Assembly (NCBI GenBank): GCA_023436715.1
Contig: JAEZIJ010000204.1
Span: forward strand, 3,548-67,547
Length of the DNA stretch: 64,000 bases
Direction: 5' to 3'
Origin: Acidobacteriota bacterium
GTDB taxonomy: Bacteria > Acidobacteriota > Terriglobia > Bryobacterales > Bryobacteraceae
Below the pieces are notes generated by a model. That model did no database searches. It was not told the origin of the DNA and was given only the letters and a program-made list of their open reading frames with translations. This document shows positions 45,698-55,069 of the stretch, in pieces (position 1 is the first letter of the stretch; the number at the start of each line of letters is the position of its first letter). Made by a program: the position numbers and the translations under genes.

Positions 45698-47068
45698 ATG
45701 AAACGACTCGCAATTCTCGCTCTCCTGTTCTCTGCCTGTGTGCTTGCGCAGAACCCGGCCACCGCGGTCTTCCCCGGCGCCGTGGCCACAGATACGACGC
45801 TCGGGGTGCTCTGCAACAGCGCCCACACGAAGCTGACCGCCAGCGTGGGCGCATCCGACCTCACCTTCCAGGTGGCCGATGGCTCCAAGCTCTGCGCCCC
45901 CGGATGGGTGACAATCGACTCCAACACGCCAGCGGCCGAGGTGGTGAAGGTCTGCTCTAAATCGGACAATACCGTAGGCGTGTGCGCGGGCGGCCGGGCG
46001 GCGCACGGTTCGGCGGTCCCGCACGGCTACGGCGCGCTCGTCGATGGCTTCATAGACTCGAACTACCACAACCAGACGGCGGCGGAAGTGAAGGCGGTCC
46101 AGGCTGCGCTCGGGACAAATCTCGCCAACGTCGTCAAGCGGGACGCGAACGGAAACGCGACGCTGGCCAACGTGATTCTCGGGCCGAAGACCATCGGGGG
46201 CGGAGTCAATCAGTTGCCGGCGGCTTTGGCTGGCAATGCCGGCTGGATCACAGTCGTAACCGACGCCGCGAGCAACTCGGATTGCACGGTTGGCGGAGGA
46301 TCGTATGCGTCCCTCTGTCGTTCAAACGGAGCCACTTGGCAGCCCATTGGGGGCGGAGGCGGATCTGGTCTCGGGTTTACGCCGCTCAACCCGGCCAACA
46401 ATCTATCCGACGTGCAGAATCGCACGACGGCTTTGAGCAATCTCGGTGGAGTGCCAAATACGGACGTGCGCCTGAGCGATGCGCGCATGCCGCTGGCGCA
46501 CACGCATACAGGCTCCGATGTCACCACGGCGGTGGCCACCGCGACGGCGCTGGCGGCGAACGGGTTAAACTGCCCGGCCGGACAGGTGGCTGCGGGCGTG
46601 GACTCTTCCGGCAATGCTGAAGGCTGCACCACAACTATAAACGGAACTGCGATTCCTGCGAGTAAGACGCTGATGGCGACGGACGCCGCAGTGTCCGACA
46701 TCCAGATCCCCGCCAAGTACAAGAGGCGAACCTGCGAGATTCACATCTGGGGCAGCGGCGCAAGCCAGGTGCTCCAAGATACGGACGATGAACCGGCGAG
46801 CTGCTTCAATGATTCCGGCGTGCAGGAGACCATCACGGCGGTTCGTTGCTGGGCTAACTCTGGCAGCCCGACGGTGACTCCGATTATCACCGGAGGGGCG
46901 ACGAACTCAATCCTGACTGGCGCGCTCACATGTGGCACCGCGGTGTGGCAGTCCGGCGCGCTGAATGGAACACCCACGCTGGATAACGGTGGAACCATCG
47001 ACGCCAACACCAGTGCTGCTGGAGGCGTGGCGACGAACATTCGGCTGGTTATCACGCTGACGAGGTAG
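45698..47068 (+). CDS. tail-fibre-like protein with an N-terminal Sec-type signal sequence
   Basis: MKRLAILALLFSACVLAQ followed by FPGAVATDTTL..; NLSDVQNRTTALSNLGG fibre-type motif. Confidence 0.55.
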   Translation: MKRLAILALLFSACVLAQNPATAVFPGAVATDTTLGVLCNSAHTKLTASVGASDLTFQVADGSKLCAPGWVTIDSNTPAAEVVKVCSKSDNTVGVCAGGRAAHGSAVPHGYGALVDGFIDSNYHNQTAAEVKAVQAALGTNLANVVKRDANGNATLANVILGPKTIGGGVNQLPAALAGNAGWITVVTDAASNSDCTVGGGSYASLCRSNGATWQPIGGGGGSGLGFTPLNPANNLSDVQNRTTALSNLGGVPNTDVRLSDARMPLAHTHTGSDVTTAVATATALAANGLNCPAGQVAAGVDSSGNAEGCTTTINGTAIPASKTLMATDAAVSDIQIPAKYKRRTCEIHIWGSGASQVLQDTDDEPASCFNDSGVQETITAVRCWANSGSPTVTPIITGGATNSILTGALTCGTAVWQSGALNGTPTLDNGGTIDANTSAAGGVATNIRLVITLTR

Positions 47069-47071
47069 ACC

Positions 47072-49453
47072 ATGCGCATATTTCTAACAGCACTTTTCGC
47101 GGCGGCTCTCGCCGGGCAGGTGATCGTGGTTCGGCACCGGGTGGCACCGTCTCCTTCCGAAGCCTGGCTGGAGGGATATGGCTACCGCAAGGAGTTGACC
47201 ATTCCGGCCGGCGCAGTGAGCGCGGACCTGAGCAACTTCCCCGTTTATGTGCCTCTATCGGGCGACACGGACCTGTCAGCGCATGCGCTGGCAGACGGAT
47301 CGGATATAGCGTTCACGGCGGCCGATGGTGTCACGGTGCTTCCCTTTGAGATCGTGAACGGCAACCCTGGCACGGCGGCGGCGAGCGGCGCCTGGAACTG
47401 GATCACTGGGCCTTCGGCGTTGCGGGTACTGGGGGCTAAAGACCAAACCTGGTTTGGTTACGTGTCGCAGCAGGGGTATGTTTATGCTGCCAGTTACGAC
47501 AACGCGAACAAAACGACGGCTTCGTTCGACCTGTTCCAGATGCAGTTCCAGCAGGACGATCACAACCAGCCAGCGTTTCTGGAGTTGAGGAGCGGAACTG
47601 GGGGGACGACTAAGCACATCGCGGCGTTCTACCAGCAGCACAACGGTCAGGCCCTCTACCGCGTGACCGCAACCCCAGAGGATCTCATGTCTCTCGGAGC
47701 GCAGCAGGATTGGACTTCGATCCATCTCTCCGGAGATACGGGCCACGCATATGCCGCCCCGTTCCAAATGGCAGACGGTTCCATCTGGGTTTTCTTCCGT
47801 TCCTCGCTCGGACAGAAGTGGGCGGCGGCAAAGTGCAACTCGGAAGCGAACCTTCGCTCGAACACTTGGAACGCCGCAGTCGAGGTGGCAAACGCCGGAA
47901 GTGGCTACACGTACAACTACGTGAAAGCCACCCAGAGCGCAGACCGTCAATGGATCTACCTTGCGATGGTCACGACGCATCCGGACACGTCGCGCCAGAA
48001 TTCCCTGTATGCAGCAAAGTTCGACGGCGCGAACCTCTACGACCTCTCTGGAACCCTGATCGGCCCGATGGGTGGAGCGCAGGACCTTGCATCGTGGACG
48101 CGAGTGTGGACCTACACCGATGGAATGGCAGCTTATGGCCAGGACGCCTCGTGTTGGATCTGGGATATTGCCCTGAACAGCAGCGGAAACCCAGTCGTCG
48201 CATACACCGTGTTCCCGGGCGCTACCGAGACTTCCGACCCGGACCATCGCTATCGATTAGCGGTGTGGAACGGATCAGGCTGGATCGACAACGAGATTTC
48301 TCCGGGCGGAACACACCCGAACACGGTCGGCCCGGGATTCTATTCCGGAGGTATAGCCCTGGATCAGGCTGACCCAAATGTGGTGTACCTGAGCCGCAAC
48401 AACGGTCTGCCGAACTACGTTCTGGAGAAGAAGGTCACGGCGAACAGCGGAGCAACGTGGACCACCACGACGATCAGTGCCGACGGCAACAACTATCGCC
48501 CGCTCGTGGCCTGGGGCCCTGCGGGAAACGTCCTCCGCCTGTTCTGGCTGCGCGGAACCTACACGAGCTATACGAACTACGCGATGAGCGTGCAGGCGTA
48601 CCCCTCACCGGCTCGGTTGAGTTGGCTGACGGAGGCGCATGCACGGCTACCGCACGTGAGTGCAGCGGCGCCCACGCAATTCTACCTGTACTACGGCAAT
48701 GCGAGCCCTACGGCGCAGCAGGACAAGGCTACACTGTGGTCCGGATATTCGGTAGTCGAGCATTTCACGGAGACGGACCTGGGCTTGTATGCGAAGGACT
48801 CCACGGAGACTTCGTGGATGGATCGACGCGGGGTGAAAGGCCGGCCGTCGCAACTGGAAGGCGCGGGGCAGGTCGGACGGGCTCTGGTTTACGCGAACAG
48901 CAGCTTCTTGCAGTTCCCAGCAGCGACTCTGAATATCGCTGGCGATACGGCAATGACACAGATGGGCTGGATCAAGACGGCCTCGGCGAACGGGAGCGGA
49001 ATGATCGCGTCGAATTGGCCGGGCAGCGGAACGCAGTCGAGGTTCTACTCGCGCATCCATGCGACCAGCAAGCTGCTGGAATGTTGGGTTACCCTGAGCG
49101 ACGGAACTACTTTCGGTGGATCGTTCGCGAACCCTGCGGGAGTGAATATCGCAGACGGGAACTGGCACTTATACGCCTGCCAGTACACCAATGCCGGAGG
49201 AGTCGGAATGACGGCGCTTATTGACGCACAGGCGAGCCTGACGACGTATCCTGGCTCGCTCGCCTTCCACGTGTCGGCAAGCCAACCGCTGTATCTCGGA
49301 TTCTCAGCGCACAGCGGCGCGAGTTGGAGCGGGATGCTGGACGAGTGGCGCTACGCGCGATCCATCCTGTCGCCAGCTTACTTGCGGGCGACGTACGACA
49401 ACCATGCTTCGGCAGGCACGTTCCTGTCTAAGGGCTCGCAGGAGATTCGTTGA
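47072..49453 (+). CDS. DUF2341 / BNR(Asp-box) / LamG-like multidomain protein with a signal sequence
   Basis: MRIFLTALFAAALAG; WLEGYGYRKELTIPAGAVSADLSNFPVYVPL (DUF2341); SGATWTT Asp-box; C-terminal GNWHLYACQY..GMLDEWRYARSILSPAYLRATYDN (LamG-type). Confidence 0.65.
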   Translation: MRIFLTALFAAALAGQVIVVRHRVAPSPSEAWLEGYGYRKELTIPAGAVSADLSNFPVYVPLSGDTDLSAHALADGSDIAFTAADGVTVLPFEIVNGNPGTAAASGAWNWITGPSALRVLGAKDQTWFGYVSQQGYVYAASYDNANKTTASFDLFQMQFQQDDHNQPAFLELRSGTGGTTKHIAAFYQQHNGQALYRVTATPEDLMSLGAQQDWTSIHLSGDTGHAYAAPFQMADGSIWVFFRSSLGQKWAAAKCNSEANLRSNTWNAAVEVANAGSGYTYNYVKATQSADRQWIYLAMVTTHPDTSRQNSLYAAKFDGANLYDLSGTLIGPMGGAQDLASWTRVWTYTDGMAAYGQDASCWIWDIALNSSGNPVVAYTVFPGATETSDPDHRYRLAVWNGSGWIDNEISPGGTHPNTVGPGFYSGGIALDQADPNVVYLSRNNGLPNYVLEKKVTANSGATWTTTTISADGNNYRPLVAWGPAGNVLRLFWLRGTYTSYTNYAMSVQAYPSPARLSWLTEAHARLPHVSAAAPTQFYLYYGNASPTAQQDKATLWSGYSVVEHFTETDLGLYAKDSTETSWMDRRGVKGRPSQLEGAGQVGRALVYANSSFLQFPAATLNIAGDTAMTQMGWIKTASANGSGMIASNWPGSGTQSRFYSRIHATSKLLECWVTLSDGTTFGGSFANPAGVNIADGNWHLYACQYTNAGGVGMTALIDAQASLTTYPGSLAFHVSASQPLYLGFSAHSGASWSGMLDEWRYARSILSPAYLRATYDNHASAGTFLSKGSQEIR

Positions 49454-50382
49454 TATATAAGCCCTTGTATTACGGCGGGAACTAACACGGGCAGAATCGC
49501 CATCCAGTAGCGTATTTCCCACCAGTAGCCGATCACGGAGAGAACGCAGACGTAGGGAATTGCTGCGAGCGCCATTCCTCGGACTACCGGAGCACTGCGG
49601 AGGACACCGCGCGCAGCCAGCATTAGCAGCGGGCCGGCCATCAGAAAGTTCAGAATCAGGGCCAGGCGCAGGTCTTGTAGGTTTCCGGCGATCGCGGTCT
49701 GGATGGAGAACGTAGCCGGACGGTATCCAACGACGGCGTGAACCGCAGCGAGCGTTGCGGCCCACGCGAAAATGCTTCCGAGCGCGACTCGCACTTCTCT
49801 TCTTCTGAGTTCGGCGGACCTCCAGTGTCTCGGGTTCAGCGGAAGGACTGCCAGCAAGAAGCCGAGCGGCAGTAATGCAGTCGTTTCGCGAATCATCGCA
49901 GCGGCGATGCTGAGGGGTACGAGGCGGGACCAGTGCTTTCTGCTTATCCAGAGCATCGCAAGGGCGCAGAGGCTGGCCTCCCAGAATGACCACGGGTGAA
50001 AGGAGTGGTGGCGAAAGGTAAAGTCGATAATCACCGCCGAGAGCGCCAAGCCGAAATATGCAAGTCCGGGACCGAACCACTGGTGTAGCAATCCCAGAAG
50101 CGATCCGAAGAAGATGGCCAGAGCGGCGAAATTAAGAACCATGTAAGTGAGCCGAAAGGATCTCTCCGGAGGCAATATCTGTCCGGCCACTTTCATGATT
50201 CCCTCGGCAACGTAAGGGACGAGCACTCGGTAACGCAGTTGGTAGGGCGCGGTCCCGTCCACCACGGAGCGGTGGAAACTCACGCGAATGTCGTGCCGCG
50301 GGACCTCGATGCGGTCGTAATAGTCGTAAGTCAGCAAGGCCGACAGATAGAACACCAACAACAACACAGAGGTTCTATGCAC
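49378..50382 (-). CDS. polytopic inner-membrane protein (no family recognised), reverse-oriented within the tail module
   Basis: Track ORF of 334 aa with about 9 hydrophobic spans. AT-richer than its neighbours. Its 3' end overlaps the convergent 793-aa gene by 76 nt. Confidence 0.65.
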   Translation of the reverse strand: MHRTSVLLLVFYLSALLTYDYYDRIEVPRHDIRVSFHRSVVDGTAPYQLRYRVLVPYVAEGIMKVAGQILPPERSFRLTYMVLNFAALAIFFGSLLGLLHQWFGPGLAYFGLALSAVIIDFTFRHHSFHPWSFWEASLCALAMLWISRKHWSRLVPLSIAAAMIRETTALLPLGFLLAVLPLNPRHWRSAELRRREVRVALGSIFAWAATLAAVHAVVGYRPATFSIQTAIAGNLQDLRLALILNFLMAGPLLMLAARGVLRSAPVVRGMALAAIPYVCVLSVIGYWWEIRYWMAILPVLVPAVIQGLIYQRISCEPLDRNVPAEAWLSYVARK

Positions 50383-50414
50383 ATGCCAGAGTCTATCAAA
50401 AGCGAGATCAGGGT

Positions 50415-51053
50415 ATGAATCTGCCCGCAGCCGGTGAAGCGGCGGCCGGAGAAGTCTACGCCGGAACCCCGCCGGGGGAATCCGCAGGCGAAACCACCTT
50501 CGCCTACTACCGCGGCCTCGTCACCTCCGAGTACCAGACCGCCGCGAAGATGCTGGCCTGGCTCACCGCCAGCATCACGCCGTTTCAAGACGGCCTGATC
50601 TGCCTCATGACGTTCGCCCCGGCCTTCGACATCAACCAGGCGGTCGGTCCGCAACTGGACGTGCTCGGAAACATCATCGGCCAGCGGCGCACGGTGGACT
50701 TCCAGCCGTCGAACGGCGTGAGCCCAATCCTGGACGATGACGGCTACCGCTTCCTGCTCAAGGCCCGCATCATGCAAAACCACTGGGATGGGCGAATTGG
50801 AACCCTGCTCGCCATGTGGCGGCGGATCTTCCCCGGCGGCACGCTGCTGGTCACCGACCACCAGGACATGACCGTGACGCTGGTGATCTCCGGCGCCTTC
50901 ACCTCGATCATGCAGGACCTGATCTCGCACGGCTATATCGTGCCACGGCCCCAGGGAGTGCTCTACAACTACAGTTTCCCGACACTGCCGATCCTGGGTC
51001 TGGACCGCAGTGACGACTACGTCGCCGGGCTTGACCTCGGACATTTTGTGTAA
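50415..51053 (+). CDS. DUF2612-like baseplate/tail protein
   Basis: YYRGLVTSEYQTAAKMLAWL..; LDVLGNIIGQRR; DDDGYRFLLKARI. Confidence 0.55.
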   Translation: MNLPAAGEAAAGEVYAGTPPGESAGETTFAYYRGLVTSEYQTAAKMLAWLTASITPFQDGLICLMTFAPAFDINQAVGPQLDVLGNIIGQRRTVDFQPSNGVSPILDDDGYRFLLKARIMQNHWDGRIGTLLAMWRRIFPGGTLLVTDHQDMTVTLVISGAFTSIMQDLISHGYIVPRPQGVLYNYSFPTLPILGLDRSDDYVAGLDLGHFV

Positions 51054-51061
51054 GGAGCAAT

Positions 51062-51946
51062 ATGCCGGCTACCAGCAATTTCAAAACCTTCAACCCCGAT
51101 CTCCAGAACTCCGAGACGGACTCGCAGTACGCCTCCGACGTCATGCGCACGGGCGGCGCCGTGCTCGACGCACTGCTGCCCTCGCCGCTCTTTAACAAGT
51201 TCGCGCACCAGGTCTCCATGTTCCCGGCGGCCTTCTGCCAGATGCTGGCGAACAAGGGATTCTCGACCTCGGACGCGGATTTCAACAACCTTGTGTCGGT
51301 GCTGTCGAACGTCAAGACGGGGGCGGATTTCACATCGCCCATCGTGGTGGTTCCGTATGCAACGGCGGTCACCTTCGACGCCTCGGTAGCGGCCGAGTTC
51401 GATCTCACCCTTTCGGGCAACGTTTCTGCCTCCTCTCTGGTCAAGGTCTCCATCGGCCAGATGCTGACGTTCATCATCACCCAGGACGCCATAGGCGGGC
51501 GCACGCTCTCCTGGCCGGCGAACATGACCTATCCGGGGCCGATCTGCGCGCTGCCGAACAGCACCAGCATTCAGATGTTCGTCGTGCGTCCGAACGGCAT
51601 GATCGCGCCCGTCACGCCCATGATCCAGATCTCGGGAGGACTCATTGTCCCGCCGCTGCCCTCAGTGGTGAGCGTGAGCGCGAGCGGAGACATCTCGAGC
51701 GCCAACAAGGAGGTGTTCGAAAAGGTCAACGCCTCGGCCGGAGCGGTGTCGCGGAACATCTTCACGGCGGCCGGCTTCTCGGGCTTCAAGGTCCACGTCA
51801 AGAAAACCGACACGAGCGCCAATGCGGTGACCGTGCAGCCGAAGGTTGCCGGGCAGACCATCGACGGCTTCCCGAGCGTGTCGATCGCCAAGTACAACGA
51901 TTCCCTGTCCATGATGTCGGACGGGGCGAACTGGTTCATCTTCTGA
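51062..51946 (+). CDS. tail fibre protein
   Basis: N-terminus (FNPDLQNSETDSQYASDVMRTGGAVLDALLPSPLFNKFAHQVS) is typical of fibre/collar proteins. Confidence 0.55.
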   Translation: MPATSNFKTFNPDLQNSETDSQYASDVMRTGGAVLDALLPSPLFNKFAHQVSMFPAAFCQMLANKGFSTSDADFNNLVSVLSNVKTGADFTSPIVVVPYATAVTFDASVAAEFDLTLSGNVSASSLVKVSIGQMLTFIITQDAIGGRTLSWPANMTYPGPICALPNSTSIQMFVVRPNGMIAPVTPMIQISGGLIVPPLPSVVSVSASGDISSANKEVFEKVNASAGAVSRNIFTAAGFSGFKVHVKKTDTSANAVTVQPKVAGQTIDGFPSVSIAKYNDSLSMMSDGANWFIF

Positions 51947-51955
51947 GGTATCCAC

Positions 51956-52636
51956 ATGGCATACATCCAGGGCAGGATTCAGAAACAGCAGACCTTCACT
52001 TCGAGCGGCACGTTCGCACCGTCGGCCGCGCTGTTGCAAGCGGGCGGATGGGTCGAGGTGCTGCTCGTTGCGGGCGGAGGCGGAGGTGGAGCGGGTAGCA
52101 GTGGAAGCAATGCCAGGTCCGGCGGCGGTGGAGGAGGAGGCCAAGTCGTCAGGCGCATGGTTCAAGTCTCCGGGGCGCTCACTGTGACTATTGGGGCTGG
52201 CGGCGCCCCAGGCGGAAACGGAGGCAGTTCGTACTTCGGGCCTCTCTTGGCGGCAAACGGTGGGTACGGGACTTCCGGGGCGTTCGGCGGAAACTGCGGA
52301 GACGGCAGCGGAGGGACAGGGGCGTCCGACCTTTACGGACTTGTCGGAGGTGGCGGCGGGGCTGGCGGCGCGGGCGGAGGGATCAGTGGCTCTGCGGGTG
52401 GCGGGATAGGCGGGCCTGGGCTCTACGGGTATGGCGGTGGCGGTGGATCTGGAGGGGCCCATGGCGGCAGTTGCGGAGGCGGCAAGGGTGGATTTGCCAA
52501 TCCCGGCACAGGCGTGGGCGGCAATGCGGTACCGAACAGCGGGAGCGGAGGCGGGGGTGGCGCTACCGGAGCGGAAGCCGGATACAGCGGCGGCTCCGGC
52601 GGCTCGGGCATAGCGATTGTGACCTGGTGGGAGTGA
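51956..52636 (+). CDS. glycine-rich domain protein (fibre-associated)
   Basis: VLLVAGGGGGG.. with long GGxGG tracts, ending in GIAIVTWWE. Confidence 0.6.
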   Translation: MAYIQGRIQKQQTFTSSGTFAPSAALLQAGGWVEVLLVAGGGGGGAGSSGSNARSGGGGGGGQVVRRMVQVSGALTVTIGAGGAPGGNGGSSYFGPLLAANGGYGTSGAFGGNCGDGSGGTGASDLYGLVGGGGGAGGAGGGISGSAGGGIGGPGLYGYGGGGGSGGAHGGSCGGGKGGFANPGTGVGGNAVPNSGSGGGGGATGAEAGYSGGSGGSGIAIVTWWE

Positions 52637-52639
52637 TCC

Positions 52640-52828
52640 ATGCCGATTCCAACGAACATCTACGCCCTGATCGAAAACCGCACGGTGGTCAACATCATCG
52701 TGGCCGACCCGAACTTCGTCCTCCTGCACTTCCCGCAGGCGGTCCGCATCGACAACCTTATGCCGGTGCCGTGCATCGGCTGGAGCTACATAGGCGGGGC
52801 ATTCAAGGCCCCGGGAGAAAATCAGTGA
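52640..52828 (+). CDS. small phage hypothetical protein
   Basis: Track ORF of 62 aa. Confidence 0.45.
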   Translation: MPIPTNIYALIENRTVVNIIVADPNFVLLHFPQAVRIDNLMPVPCIGWSYIGGAFKAPGENQ

Positions 52829-53325
52829 AACATCTACTCGCAGTTCTGATTCTGCTCGCGCTCGCGGTACCGTCCGTGGCGCAAACCGCAACCGACCAGC
52901 CGGCCTACTTCATCGGTGCGAACGTAGGCTTCTCGCGGGCCGCCTCCGTAAATCCCACGCTCGGTATCGGCTTCGGCATGCGCGCGGCCAACACCGACGG
53001 CACTTGGGCGACACTGGAGTTCGCAAACGCCACCGCCGTAACCTCCACCATACAGGTTGGCCTGCGTCAGGTGCTCGCCAAGCGGGGCGGCTGGAGCCTG
53101 ATCGCGCTCGGCTCAGCCGGTGGCGCCGTCACCCAATCGGACGACTCCGGACAGGGCAGCGCCATCACGGCCATGTTCGGCGGCGGCGGCGGACTCGCCT
53201 ATGACCTGACAAGGATCTGGTCCAAGCTCGACACGCTGAGCCTGGAGGCCCAAGTTAAGGCGGTCAAGATCAACGGAACCGATGTCCAGCTCGGCTTCGC
53301 CGGGTGGATCACGAAGAGTTTCTGA
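52825..53325 (+). CDS. small outer-membrane beta-barrel protein (Lom/Ail/OmpX-size)
   Basis: GTG at 52825. Signal peptide VKHLLAVLILLALAVPSVAQ. Alternating-polarity strands. C-terminus ..GFAGWITKSF ends in Phe. 166 aa. Confidence 0.6.
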   Translation: MKHLLAVLILLALAVPSVAQTATDQPAYFIGANVGFSRAASVNPTLGIGFGMRAANTDGTWATLEFANATAVTSTIQVGLRQVLAKRGGWSLIALGSAGGAVTQSDDSGQGSAITAMFGGGGGLAYDLTRIWSKLDTLSLEAQVKAVKINGTDVQLGFAGWITKSF

Positions 53326-53327
53326 CC

Positions 53328-53993
53328 ATGAAGCCCGCTTCCATCGCCCTCCGTATCGCGGCTGCGCTCTGCCTGCTCGCCTTGGGCGTGGCCGCGTTTT
53401 GGTCCGCTCACAGCCTCGCCGCAGCGCGGGCGGACCTCCGCGCCACCGGGGACGCGCTGGCGGGTTCCGTAGCCGCGGCGCGCGCGGATCTGGCCGCCAC
53501 CCAAGCCGCGCTCGTCCACGAGGTCCAGGCCGCACGTGAATCCGCCGATGCGCGGCTGGCAGAAGCGCTCAGGGAGGTTCGCTCCGCTCGGGTGAACCTG
53601 AGAGACCAGCTTGCCTCGGCGAACGCCACGGCGGCCGGTCTCCGCGCGGACGTGCGTCCAATTCTCGAGAATGCCACCGTTGCGGTCTTGCCCTACGGTT
53701 CCCTCGGGGCCGAAGCGACGCGATTGGCGCGCAACGCGAACGACTCCTGGGATGACCTGTATCTCGACGTTTCGGCTGCGGTCCAGTCCGCAACGGTCGC
53801 CAGCCGCGGCGTTGCTGAGGCATCCGAGGCCGTCGGCAAGGCGGCGCCAGCCGTGGCTCAGGCGGCCGAACTAAATGTTCCCGTGATGCTCGACGACAGC
53901 AGGCAGATCGTCAAGAACGTGAGACGCGGGACGAGCCTGCCGATGGTGATTCTCAAGTTCGCGTGGGACAAGACGCTGGGGAGGTTATTCTGA
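53328..53993 (+). CDS. N-terminally membrane-anchored Ala-rich coiled-coil protein (i-spanin-like topology)
   Basis: MKPASIALRIAAALCLLALGVAAFW is followed by about 190 aa of helical ARADL/AAL repeats. The start lies 3 nt after the OMP gene's stop. Confidence 0.55.
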   Translation: MKPASIALRIAAALCLLALGVAAFWSAHSLAAARADLRATGDALAGSVAAARADLAATQAALVHEVQAARESADARLAEALREVRSARVNLRDQLASANATAAGLRADVRPILENATVAVLPYGSLGAEATRLARNANDSWDDLYLDVSAAVQSATVASRGVAEASEAVGKAAPAVAQAAELNVPVMLDDSRQIVKNVRRGTSLPMVILKFAWDKTLGRLF

Positions 53994-54199
53994 TGTCCAC
54001 TGAAGAAGTTCAGACAGCATTGCTGAGAATCATCCTGGTGTGCCTCGCCGGGATGCTGCTCATGGGGCTCCTGTCTTTCTGGATGACTCCATCTTACGTG
54101 GCTGGCGCGCAGGTGACCTTCGACACCTTCAAGGAAATCTTGTTGGTCAGCCTGGGCGTGAAGGGAGGCATGGCGGTTCCGGGAGCGGCTAAGCCGTGA
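53993..54199 (+). CDS. putative holin
   Basis: 68 aa with one or two TM helices (LLRIILVCLAGMLLMGLLSFW). TGATG coupling upstream; overlaps the endolysin start. Confidence 0.45.
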   Translation: MSTEEVQTALLRIILVCLAGMLLMGLLSFWMTPSYVAGAQVTFDTFKEILLVSLGVKGGMAVPGAAKP

Positions 54200-54636
54200 A
54201 ACTCAAAGCGCAGTCACAACCGCCCGCGCAGCGCGAGAGGATGACCGAGCATTTCGCGCGGGAAGAGTTCGCGTGTCCATGCTGCGGTCAGGCGCCGATC
54301 GCCCAAACCCTCGCCTCGGCCCTGGAGGGTCTACGCGGCATCGTCGGAGTAGCTATCCGGATCAATTCCGGATACCGCTGCGAGGCGCACAACAAGGCCA
54401 TCGGCGGAGAGCCGCACAGCAAGCATTGCCAGGGCATCGCGGCCGACATCTCGGCCGAGTGCGGGTGGCGCAAACTCTACGAGGCAGCCCTCCGCATTCC
54501 CGCCATCTCCGACGGCGGGATTGGGTTGTACCCCGATTCGGGCCTCGGCTTCATCCATGTCGATGTGCGACCGCAGAAGGCCCGCTGGGCGCGAATCAAG
54601 GGCAGGTACGTCGGGATCGAGCAGGCGCTCGTGTGA
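54196..54636 (+). CDS. endolysin, peptidase M15 (D-Ala-D-Ala carboxypeptidase/VanY-like) family
   Basis: FACPCCG; INSGYRCEAHNKAIGG..SKHCQGIAADI; FIHVDVRP (H..D..H zinc ligands). Confidence 0.8.
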   Translation: MKLKAQSQPPAQRERMTEHFAREEFACPCCGQAPIAQTLASALEGLRGIVGVAIRINSGYRCEAHNKAIGGEPHSKHCQGIAADISAECGWRKLYEAALRIPAISDGGIGLYPDSGLGFIHVDVRPQKARWARIKGRYVGIEQALV

Positions 54637-54637
54637 C

Positions 54638-55066
54638 CTACGCGGCATCCCGAACGTCAATGGCAACGCGCTTGCCGAGCACGCTGAATGCCGCCTCGAT
54701 CTGATCGAGACGAGTATGGTTCTTGAAGTCAAAGAGGCGGTCTATCGTGGTCTTGGGGATGTCCAGCCGCCGGGCCAGTTCGGCCTTGCGCATGCCCGAG
54801 GCAAGAAATGCCATGTAAAGCTCGACCTTCAACGATATCATTGCGGGCAACTCGATCATGCGATACTTCTTGCCCTTCGGCCTGCTGGGATGAGGCACTG
54901 GCAATCCGCGGCGGATGTAGTACGCAAACATGGTGACCAGGGCGTCTTCGGCCATTTCCAGGGCATCCTGTTCGTTATCGCCTTGCGAGAGAGCTTCGTC
55001 CACGTCAGGGAAGGTCACGAGGATCTTTCCGCCGTCAACGGGCTCAAACACTGCCGGATACTTCAT
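54638..55066 (-). CDS. hicB: HicB-family antitoxin with a C-terminal HTH
   Basis: MKYPAVFEPVDGGKILVTFPDVDEALSQGDNEQDALEMAEDAL.. plus GMRKAELARRLDIPKTTIDRL. Confidence 0.85.
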   Translation of the reverse strand: MKYPAVFEPVDGGKILVTFPDVDEALSQGDNEQDALEMAEDALVTMFAYYIRRGLPVPHPSRPKGKKYRMIELPAMISLKVELYMAFLASGMRKAELARRLDIPKTTIDRLFDFKNHTRLDQIEAAFSVLGKRVAIDVRDAA

Positions 55067-55069
55067 GTG

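Noticed and set aside
52060-52610. Highly repetitive GGN-rich DNA that could be mistaken for a tandem-repeat or CRISPR-like array.
   Set aside because: The repeats are irregular, in-frame glycine codons of a glycine-rich fibre-associated protein. There is no repeat-spacer periodicity. No CRISPR array was seen anywhere in the window.
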